NCBI RefSeq assembly: GCF_006345805.1
Contig: NW_021829872.1
Location: forward strand, 1 to 41,014
Direction: 5' to 3'
Length of the DNA stretch: 41,014 nt
DNA from: Octopus sinensis
Taxonomy: Eukaryota
The notes beneath the pieces are model-generated. The model worked only from the letters and a program-made list of their open reading frames with translations. It did no database searches and was not told the origin of the DNA. Below, one piece after another: positions 25,943 to 35,199 of this stretch; position 1 is the first letter of the stretch; every line of letters starts with the position of its first letter. The translations under genes were made by a program, and so were the position numbers.

Positions 25943-26200
25943 AATCCACTTAGTTTGACCTTAATCCCACATAGTTTGACCTTAATCCCACTTTGTTTGA
26001 CGTTAATCCCACATAGTTTGACCTTAATCCCACTTTGTTTGACGTTAATCCCACATAGTTTGACCTTAATCCCACTTTGTTTGACGTTAATCCCACATAG
26101 TTTGACCTTAATCCCACTTTGTTTGACGTAATCCCACATAGTTTGACCTTAATCCCACTTTGTTTGACGTTAATCCCACATAGTTTGACGTTAATCCCAT
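25943..26200 (-). repeat. 21-bp tandem array (right TIR arm), ~12 units, inverted relative to left arm
   Basis: Reverse complement of the same two unit variants, mostly in strict alternation. Confidence 0.95.
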
Positions 26201-27498
26201 TTAGTATAGGAAATGGTATAGAATCGGAAGTTGTATCTTGGCTCGAGAAAATAGAATTGGCTGGAGGATTTCTTGATGACAATGCAATTTTATTAAAAGC
26301 AAAAAGTATTGCAAGATTACATGGAATAACTGATTTTATGGGAAGCAATGGATGGCTTTCCAGATTCAAACAGAGAAACAATTTAAAATTAAGATTATTC
26401 CATGGAGAATCTGGCTCAATAACTGAAAATCTAAATGAGCAAATTGAAAAATTTCAAATAATTTTATCTACGAAATTACAACAATATGATCGTGAAAATG
26501 TTTACAATGGTGACGAAACTGGTGTTTTTTTTATAAAAATGTTCCTTCAAAAAGCATTTGCTCAAAAACTCGACCTGGAAATAAAATCCTTAAAGATCGG
26601 TTGAAACTTTATTAATCATTAGTAGATTTTCGCTATTTCTGTGTACAAATATGGTCGGGTCAGATAAGAAAATTCCATAATGACTGGGAAATATCAGAAA
26701 CCAAGATGTTTTAAAACATTAAAATTGAGAAATATTTAAAATACTGTCATTCCTCAAAAGCATGGATGACTCAAAAAATTTTTAATGAATGGCTTTATAA
26801 TTGGGATATTGAATTAAAAAAGAAAAATTCTTTTAATTATTGACCAATGACCATCACATAAAATATTAATCGAATTAAAATTTATTGAAATTCTTGTTCT
26901 TCCTCCGAACACCTCAACAATATTGCAGCCGATGGATCAAGGAATAATTCGTTCCTTTAAAACTAATTGCAATAAGTTCAAATTTAATGAAATTCTTCAG
27001 AAAATTAAATGCGGATATGGCATTCATGAATCATACAAAAATTTAAAACTTAAAGATGGAGTTTTATTTACCTATTTTGGTTGGAATGAAGTCATCAAAG
27101 AAACTATCAAAAATTGTTTCAGGCATGCTAAGTGGATTCCATATGAAGAGGAAATTCAATCTTCTAACTATACGATTGAGAAATATGAGGAGACAATAAA
27201 GCAATTGAATATTTTGGATCCAATGGAACAATCAGATTTTCTTGATTACACGTACACTGAAATAGACGAAGTGGAAGAATCCCTCAAAAACGATGATGAC
27301 GTAAATGAGAAATAAACACGTGGTATTTTTGAAGAGAAAACACCTGCGAATGAAATAAATCATGAAGATGCGTTTAAAATGTTGCAATATCAAAAAGTAC
27401 TATACTCAAGACGATATTTTTAATATTAACGCAATTCAAATGATCAATCAATTAATCGAAGATACAATGTTTACTAAAAAAACAATTAAATTAAATGT

Positions 27499-27613
27499 GG
27501 AGAAAAAAGACGGCGGCATTAGGCCTATTGCCGTCGGAAATGTTTTCCGCCGTTTGTTTGCAAAAGTCGGGTGCAAACTGGTAATTCCGTCTATTAGTGA
27601 CGAACTCCAGCCC
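27499..27613 (+). mobile_element. Short CRE-type RT fragment embedded in the Tigger 3' region
   Basis: EKKDGGIRPIAVGNVFRRLFAKVGCK..ELQP, visibly more GC-rich than the Tigger sequence on both sides. Confidence 0.8.
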
Positions 27614-27730
27614 ATTTCGTCTTTCAACATTTAATTTAATTATTTTTAATTTTGTGAATATAAAATTTGATTAAAATTTGATAGTGAGTATTCAGTTACT
27701 CGCCAAATACAGTTACTCGCCATTTTTGGC

Positions 27731-29024
27731 TTGGTCCCAAACATGTACACACATGGTCATCTTGTTATGAAGTACCAAACCTCCACATCCTGTTACATGA
27801 GGATATGGTTTTGGCAAACGTATACATGTGCACACAACAGGATCCAACTTACGCCAACCAAAGAGGAGGCGCTGTATGCAGTTGACCAGTACAGGGCTGG
27901 AAATATGGAGAAGTACAAGACTAATCCTGATTATCCGGATGACGTGTCAAGATTCTTTGTTGACGTGACCAACTACCTAGAGTCCCTTTCCGTCTCTGCC
28001 TGCAGGCACTGTCTTCAGCGGTGGTGTTTGCAATACAACAGCCTGTTACCTCAGCGACAAGTCCATATATGTCGAGCTGTACAAAGATCTCACAAGTACG
28101 ATCTCACTTTCCCACCTTGAAGATGACACGTATACAACGATATGGGACCAATCTTTCCACATCGACAAAACATGTTGCTTCCAATACTGCGGGAATTATT
28201 ATTGGTCCTCATATGAAGGATTGATGATAAACGCAAATGGAGATTGTCCAAGAATGTGCCTTGGTCGACCCCATGCGATGAAGCCAGGTTGGAAACTGCA
28301 AGGAGAAGAGCTATCCATTGACATGCAGTTTAGGGTGCATGACTGTGAGATTCTTCTGCTGAGGTAGGACTCACATGAAAGTAAATACGGCCGATCTCCA
28401 TTACTTGACACCGATCAACAAGTCGTACAGTCATGTGTAACTAAAATGGCCATGTATGAATGGATTGATCAGAATGGAATGCTACGTCCATGCTGCATAG
28501 GACCCTGGTGCATCAATCAACGCGATTGGACATCAGGGCTCGTCAAGCCATATTGCCTAGCAGACACCTTCTTTGTCAACGGAATATATGTTGACCGCGA
28601 TTTGAAGTTACGGATCCCATACGATTACACAGCTGATCAAGAGTATCATGCCGAGTTTAACATCTCTTCGTTTATGACGGATATTGTTCCATGATAAAAC
28701 TGCAATCAAAAAGACCATCGAAACCAATTACTCAGACCTATTTGGTCAATTGGGTCAAAAATAGCTGCAGCCGCGAAATTCGTTGGTGTCGTGGTTCTGC
28801 GTTTTATTGCCATTTATATTTTGTGGCCATACATCCACAGGAGGCACATTCATGACCGTGTTGAAAGATTACACAAAAGGGCATTGGGGAGGTATCAAAA
28901 ATGGAGAAGGAGAAGGTCAATTCAAGAGGTTGACGACCCTATTGAGCTGGCGTCCGGGTCAGAGCTCACAGTGCAGAGAGTTCTCAAAAATATTTCTGTA
29001 CCAGTCTCTTGTTCTTTACAATAA
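27731..29024 (+). pseudogene. Endogenous viral element: rhabdovirus-type (VSV-G-like class III) glycoprotein, 5'-truncated
   Basis: Ordered motifs comparable to VSV G: KYQTSTSCYMRIW..HNRIQLTPTKEE..DQYRAG..NPDYP (cf. KWVTTCDFRW..HSIRSFTPSVEQ..EQTKQG..NPGFP); VFSGGVCNTTAC (cf. FINGKCSNYIC); KTCCFQYCG..EGLMI (cf. KACKMQYCK..SGVWF); FVNGIYVDRDLKLRIPY (cf. GPNGVLRTSSGYKFPL); then a TM helix and a basic tail. At least two frameshifts and a premature stop. Confidence 0.85.
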
Positions 29025-29149
29025 AAAATTCTGTTCTGTTATTTGTCATTTTATAATATTTATCTTGACAAAATAGATTTTGAAATAGAATTCAAATATT
29101 TATTTTGAATTTTCTTCCAAGTCAGAAAGTATAACCACCTAGGCTCGGT

Positions 29150-31432
29150 ATGGTCTCACTTACTAGAAAAAGGTTGAAATTGCTCGACAACTAAAAAGTC
29201 ATTCACACAGAGTACTTGCTCAAAAATATGAAACGGGCATTGGCACAATTGCTCGAATAAAAAAAACGATTACGCCGCAAATAACCTGTGGGAACATTAT
29301 TCCAAATTTTCGGACTGAAACAAAAACTGACGATATTTTTAAAACATTGGATAGTAAAGTTCTCGACGTTTTTCAACAATTATGGCTCCAAAATATTCCA
29401 GTTTCAGGTCCTCTTGTCAAAAAAATTGGTAATTTTACGTTTTCTCACATTGTTTTAAGGTTTGAAAATTGCGGGTAAATTGAACATTACAAGCTTTAAA
29501 GCATCGAATGGTTGGTTAATGAATTTTTAAAAAAGACATGAAATCAAATTCAAAATCCTTAGCGGCGAAAAAACTCATGTAATCGTGCTGGAATTCAATC
29601 ATTTTTAAAAGTTTTCCATTAAAAAATTGATCAATTTGGAAAAAATAATGGATCACATAAAACAAACGCCCCCAGGGGCGTTTGTTTAATATGTGTGAAG
29701 TTAGGGGCGTTTGTTTAAAATGTGTTATATTGATGTTATAAAAAATTATATTATAATTTTTCCCATGTTTATTGTAGGTAGTACATACGAAACAACTTTA
29801 AGAGAACTTCTAGGAAGTGATACAATCGGGATAATATCATTTTTTAAGGCAAAAAGTCTAATGAAATCAAAAATGATGTGTGTTTACTGCAGAACAGAAA
29901 TGGTTTGGGTTTTCAAGCGTACCTATCTGACCAATATACTTGGAAATGTCAGAATCAAAACTGTTCAAAATACAAGACCACATTGTCAATACGAACAGGT
30001 TCTGTTTTGGCTACTTCGAGTATAAGTCTCAAAACATGGTTAGATATTTTGTATAGGTGGAGCAATGAAGAATCAATTGTTATGATTAAAAAATCACTGA
30101 CCTTATCATCTCTAACACTTATAAAAATTTTTAAAACCATTAGAAAATGTATTAGCAGACACTTTGAAAGTAATCCCGTAAAATTATGTGGAGAAAATGT
30201 AGTCTGCCAAATCGATGAAAGTCTCTTTTGTCATAAACAAAGTACCATCGGAGTAGACTTGCTAATTCTCAAGTGTGGGTATTCGGTATTGTTGATACCT
30301 CATTTTCACCGGCAAGAGGTTTTATGCGAGTGGTTCCAAATCGATCAGCGGCCACTTTAAACCAATTATCTGTGAAGTAATTCTGCCAGGATCAATTATC
30401 CATAGTGATGAATGGAGGGCCTATTCCAATTTAAATGTTTTGGATATGACCACGCTACTGTAAACCACTCAATTAACTTTATTGAACCAACCATTGGTGT
30501 TCATGCCAAACATGTGGAGTCCTATTGGAATAAAAACAAATTGCGTTGTAAGAAAATGAAAGGTGTCAAAAAAATTTTTACAAGACTACCTAAACAAATT
30601 TATGTGGTGTGACAACGTAATTGGTGATCCTTTTGAAAAGTTAATGGAGCTTTTGAAAAATTATTATGTTGTTCAATAAACTTGTTTCTGAAGTATAGTA
30701 TTTATTTATAAATTTGATTTTTAGTTTTACATTACTTTAATGTTTTCGTCGAATGTTTGACATGTATAAATTTAGTGGCGTTTGTTTAATATGTGTAAAT
30801 TTAGGGGCGTTTGTTTAATATGTGTAAATTTGGGGGCGTTTGTTTAATGTGATCCAAAATAATATCTTTAACATTGATGAAACTTGTCTTTTTATAAAAA
30901 AGACCCCAAAAAATCATTCGTACAAAAAAATAAAAAAGCTTCAGGGTCTAAAATGAATAAGGAAAAAATTTCTTTGCTCTTTTGCTGCAGTTATTCAGGC
31001 CAAAAATTTGATCCTTTAATAATCGGGAAATTTAAAAATCCCAGATGTTTCAGAAATTTTAACCCTGAGGATTATGGTGCTATGTACTCATCTTCCAAAA
31101 ATGGCTGTATGACAAGAGATATTTTTATTCAATGGTTATTCTTAGTGAATGAACGAATGAAAATGGAAAAGAGAAAAATTTTAATAATTCTTGATAACGC
31201 TTCGTGTCATGAAAATAAATCGCTCTCAAATATCGAATTGCTGTTTTTACCCAAAAATACAACTCCAATTCTTCAACCATTGGATAATTGGATAATCAAA
31301 GCTTTTAAAGATAATTATTCGAAGGCGTTAATTGAATTTATTTGTTGAAAAGATGAAGAAGATTTTTACTGCGACTTACTTAAAAAAATTAATTTACGCC
31401 AATCATTGATAATAGTATCGAAATCGTGGCAA
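29150..31432 (+). mobile_element. Tigger/pogo transposase remnant, interrupted by Merlin, both TIRs absent
   Basis: HTH region (..EIARQLKS..LAQKYETGIGTIARIKK; FKASNGWL). The reading KIDQFGKNN|IFNIDET is continuous across the Merlin site. Then KEKISLLFCCS..GKFKNPRCF..LDNASCH..LQPLD.WIIKAFK. Confidence 0.85.
29650..30855 (+). mobile_element. Merlin (IS1016/ISXO2-like) DNA transposon
   Basis: 24-bp TIRs GGATCACAT(A/T)AAACAAACGCCCCC and an 8-bp TSD AAAATAAT (29642-29649, 30856-30863), with ~30-bp ggggcgtttgtttaatatgtgt subterminal repeats. Transposase motifs WKCQNQNC..SIRTGS, CQIDESLF, IHSDEWRAY, VNHS..VESYW; frameshifted. Confidence 0.95.
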
Positions 31433-31596
31433 ATTCAGATGATCCCGATTGCACATGCGGCTTTAACTATTGAGGTTTATCTGGGTTGAATTTTAATTAA
31501 ATTAATAATTAGATGATAACGGTTTGTTTCTCTAACAGAATTTCCAGAATTTCTTTCACCAAATAAAAGTAACGGATTTCCCCAAACAGCACTCAT
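31433..31596 (-). pseudogene. TCP1: CCT1 exon 1 (31521-31596), intron 1 (31467-31520) and start of exon 2
   Basis: ATG at 31594-31596: MSAVWGNPLLLFGERNSGNSVRETN + phase-1 GT..AG intron (54 nt) + (L)KAACAIG, cf. TCP1 MEGPLSVFGDRSTGETIRSQNV|MAAASI. Confidence 0.88.
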
Positions 31597-31744
31597 GTAG
31601 CCTAAGAACTAAAACGTGTTTTATATATTTTTTGAATTACATTTATTTACAAAAATTGTATTATGTCGCGTCCCATGGTGGTAACACTTCCCGAAAACAT
31701 TTTTATATGTTTATAAAACGTGCGTCGAACCATTTCTTGGAAAA

Positions 31745-32050
31745 CGTATAATTCTTCATACGAACAAAGGGAAGGAATTTGTCAACGAAAGGATTTCCCG
31801 ATTGTGTGATAAGTACAGGATAAAACACGTGAGAGGTCATACAAGGTGCCCTTGGGTGCAGGGGCAGATAGAAAAATTAAACCAATCCTTGAAATATATG
31901 TTTTCCTCCACCTGTTTGTCTGAGAACCTCAAATATAAATGAATTTGAATAAAAGACAGAACAAAGAGTTCATATAACTCAACGGTACATTCCACTATGT
32001 CGTTTGCATCGTTCAGAGTTATGTTTGGAGAAAATGCTGATCAGTCGGCA
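31745..32050 (+). mobile_element. Ginger-like integrase catalytic remnant
   Basis: IILHTNKGKEFVNE..KHVRGHTRCPWVQGQIEKLNQSLKY. An upstream TGTCGCG at 31664 resembles the TIR start of the 19377 element. Confidence 0.7.
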
Positions 32051-32149
32051 AACATAGCGAAGAAGAACTTGTTCTCTTATTCGCAAAATTCATGTATTAA
32101 TCCATGTGGATGAAAAAAATGACGTAGAGAATTACATGGCAAAACGGCA

Positions 32150-32405
32150 GTTCATTCGATCCGTGAACTTATTGAATCCTCCGAGGCGCCAATCATGGTT
32201 TAACTAGACGTCTCGAACGCCTTCAATTCCATCAGACGTGACCACCTACTGGAGTGCTGCCGCGAACTGGTTCCGTTCGCTTATCCCCTCGTACATCTTT
32301 CATACGCTTCCCCAAGTGTCCTTATGTTCGGTGATGTTCCTATCTCTTCGTCTACAGGGCTCCAGCAGGGCGATCCACTGGGTCCTGTTCTTTTTTCTTG
32401 TGCGT
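32150..32405 (+). mobile_element. CRE-type RT fragment
   Basis: LDVSNAFNSIRRDHLLECCRELVPFAYPLVHLSYASPSVLMFGD.PISSSTGLQQGDPLGPVLFS. Confidence 0.85.
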
Positions 32406-32409
32406 CATG

Positions 32410-32540
32410 GAACGCAGACTATCTTTCCGAACCCCGAAGATGATATCAAAGAAAGTGATGTTAAATGGGCCGTAAATGAATTGCCTTGCAACAAGGCGCC
32501 TGGCCCGGACGATATTTCAAGCGAGATGCTTAAGGTGAGC
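32410..32540 (+). mobile_element. APE-type LINE (RTE-like) RT N-terminal fragment
   Basis: IKESDVKWAVNELPCNKAPGPDDISSEMLK (KAPGPD motif). Confidence 0.7.
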
Positions 32541-32974
32541 TTTTTATATGAACTATTAACGAATATTTCTTGATGTTCTAACAAATCGATTAAATATGCA
32601 AGTTTGTGCTTATTGAAATTCGTTTTGAAATTTTTTATGACTCCCAGGTCCATTAGCTGGACCAAGCCTGTACTATTTCGCGGTATAAACATGATTTCAA
32701 TATTAGACAAATCTTCTGGTATGGAATGGGAAAAACAGTTATCCAGAATAAGCAGAATTTGTTTTCTCTGTAATTTTAGATTCATATCAAAGTTTATTAG
32801 CCAATCTATGAAGATTTTCCCAGTCATCTAAGCAGGCTGGGAGCTATAAAATTTGTGGCCAATCTGAGAACTGGCCATTTTGCAGAGTTTTTTCAATTTT
32901 CCAGAGGTAAATTGTTAAAAATGGCCAATTTGAGAGGTGGCCAATTAGAGAGGGGCCAATTTGAGAGGGTTGAG
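32540..32974 (-). mobile_element. Tigger/pogo remnant with one terminus
   Basis: MTGKIFIDWL..LLILDNCFSH..MFIPRNST..QLMDLGVIKNFK. Terminus TA|CTCAACCCTCTCAAATTGGCC at 32974, with repeated ggccaatttgagag motifs. Confidence 0.8.
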
Positions 32975-32978
32975 TAAA

Positions 32979-33515
32979 TTTCATTCCCAAGAATCTTGAG
33001 TCAAGATTATAAAGATATATATTTTACTAAAATGAACAATAAAATACTACAAAAATAAAAATAGAATATATAGAAATTAAGTTAATTCAAAAAATCAATA
33101 TTAATGGAGATTAATTAATTGATAAAATGAAAAAAATTCGCTTGCAAAATAAACTTTATCCAAGATATTTTGCTAGTAGTCAATTTAATTAATCTTCACA
33201 AAAATAGAAAAGAAAAAATATTATAAAAATAAAGCATTGATTTCAATAAATGATCAAATAAAATTAAAAACAAAAATGCACAACAAAACAACAAAATATG
33301 ACGTGCTAAACACGTGAACAATTTTTTGTATTTAATTCAATAACTCAAAAACATTTAGAAAATAGAATAAATAAAATTTAATATTTTCAGTCTGTTTGAC
33401 ATTAGCAGAAAATATGAATTCAACCAATTAACATCAATGAAGACGTCCGATGTAAAAACATACCAATTTCTTTTCAGACGAAAAGGACAAAGAAAATCAT
33501 GTAATTAATGACTTT
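32979..33515 (+). repeat. Dispersed AT-rich non-coding repeat, copy B
   Basis: Direct-orientation homologue of 22461-22980. Confidence 0.85.
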
Positions 33516-33569
33516 GAAAAAACAAACATAATAACATTTAAAGAGAGTCAATACAGATTAGGAAATTAT

Positions 33570-34215
33570 GACTCGCCAAAAGCTGGCTGCACCGCGGATA
33601 ACAAACGAATTGCCTCGCAAGATTGCTATAGATACCCTCTGGTACAGCCACCTGGTTTCCCGGTGGTCATTGGTCTTCTTTCCAATAAGCTTCCCAATTA
33701 CCGAAAGAATCATCTCCCGCAGGCCCAATCACGCCGCTCGTCTCCACAGTAATTGGAACAATGCGGGATGCGTCTGGAATCGACGCGTACTTGCTCCGTT
33801 TGTTTTTTCTTCGGCCTGGTAAGACGCGAAGCCAGAACACGACGCAGACGGAGTAACGGTTCCCCGAGAGAAAAGATGTCAGCACAGGTTATATCCCAAA
33901 CGAGACATTCTCTTTGCTGTGTGGGAATACAGTCATTCCGTCCGGACGCTTGCCGTCTCCGCGATTAAGACCAATGGGCTTCAAAACCGAAGGGATGCCT
34001 ACGATATTAAGCCCCAGTTTGACGACGTTGTTCAAACTGGAGTGTCTCGAGGTACGTCCACAACTTGACCGACAAGAAATAGAATGGAGGTTATCCAAGA
34101 CTATCAACTGGCCACACATGCATGGGTGAGGGTGGCAAAGAATGATTCCGACTCGTAAACAGGTATGAGTCGAACTAACTCATCATCCAAAAGTATCCAG
34201 CCGAGGATAGTGATA
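33570..34215 (-). mobile_element. CRE-clade 3' part (zinc knuckle + REL)
   Basis: HACMCGQL..DNLHSISC..GRTSRHSSLNNVVK..LKPIGLNRGDGKRPDGMTVFP, PITVETSGVIG. Confidence 0.88.
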
Positions 34216-34389
34216 CGGGATTTAACCAGTTTAACCAGTGTGGTTGCAGTGGAGGGAAATCGAGACTGAAAGAAAATTCAGTTAGTTCGAAATGTTCAGA
34301 AGAGGGAAAAAGAACAGAATTCACAAAATTTCTCGATTCCGAGAGGAGAGCAAAAATTATTTTAGCAACATTCTCCCTGATCTGATTTC

Positions 34390-35140
34390 CGCGTCAGTTC
34401 GGCGTTGGTGTCCGAGATGCCTGTGAGGCATCTGTCTACGGACTGAGGAAACTGGCCACAAAGCCAACTCCAACATCTTATTTCTCGTTAAGCTGGATGT
34501 GTGCAACGCCTTTAACAGTGTTTGTAGGGATCACATCCTGGAAGTCATTTACGCCCGTTGATCGACCGATTGTTTACCTATCTTACGCGTGTCCCTAAAT
34601 CTTATTTGGGAAAAATTTGCTAATTTCAGCGTCTAGTCTAGTGTTCAGCAAAGGGATCCATTATGGTCTCTCCTATTTTCCCTCGCAGTGAACCATATTG
34701 CCCAAAGACTGTCAAGCCCGCTCAATTTCTGGTATCTTAAAAATATCACCTTGTGTGGTTCGCTTGAATCTATAGGCAACGATGTTGATGATATTATTTA
34801 GGGTTTTTGCCAAATCAGGCTATCCCTTAATGGCTCCAAGTCGGAGATCACTCGGCTTTCTTCTGACTACTCTCTATTTGATCAGACCTTCGCATCCCTT
34901 TCTGAGAAGGTTGTCGGTCTCAGATCGACAGATCTGACAAATCTGGTTGTCCTTGGTTTGACAATCTCCAATGGAAGAATGTCCACTGCTATTTCAGACA
35001 TTAAACGTGAGTTAATTCTGACCCTAGAACGAATCTCCGACTTGAAGTACACGTAGGGCGATTTCCTGTTAAAAACTATCTTTGTACCCGGCGTCTCACC
35101 TACCTACTCGTTTCATCCGCATGTTTTCCGGAATCCGACA
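34390..35140 (+). mobile_element. CRE-clade RT domain (opposite orientation to the adjacent 3' part)
   Basis: QFGVGVRDACEASV, VKLDVCNAFNSV.RD, VQQRDPLWSPLFSL, LNFWYLKNITL.G, LSLNGSKSEI. Confidence 0.85.
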
Positions 35141-35199
35141 TGTTGTCTGACCTGTAAGTCTCTCTAGCAAGAAATAGATGGTTTGTTTATAAACTCTCC

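Larger units (their letters stand above)
25154..26218 (-). mobile_element. Foldback-like Tc1/IS630-type element with long internally repetitive TIRs
   Basis: TA|TACCATTTCCTATACTAAATGGGAT ... ATCCCATTTAGTATAGGAAATGGTA|TA. Removing it restores the host Tigger frame (cct gca cTA gaa = P-A-L-E). The centre encodes a truncated HTH (LISAAESGGDWKKTALELNISRTTAYRWIR..RGG). Confidence 0.85.
24758..27730 (+). mobile_element. Tigger/pogo DNA transposon (carries nested inserts; right TIR missing)
   Basis: TA|CAGTCAAACCCGGTTAGTCGCCA left end, and cagttactcgcca subterminal repeats at both ends. ORF from ATG 24922: MRKCTRLSLEEK..KFPALESEVVSW..GSNGWLSRFKQR..FHGESG..VYNGDETG..AWMT..QPMDQGIIRSFK. Confidence 0.9.

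Noticed and set aside
25174-26200. 21-bp repeat arrays as a CRISPR array
   Set aside because: Units are contiguous with no unique spacers, the two arrays are inverted arms of a TA-flanked transposon, and there are no cas genes.
25152-26220. piggyBac-like element with a 4-bp TATA target
   Set aside because: The host Tigger frame is restored only if a 2-bp TA is duplicated; the inner TA belongs to the TIR.
24930-26381. ORF-track proteins with INVKQSG/LTLIPHS/LTSNKVG repeats as real repeat proteins
   Set aside because: They are read-throughs of the stop-free 21-bp DNA repeat in several frames on both strands.
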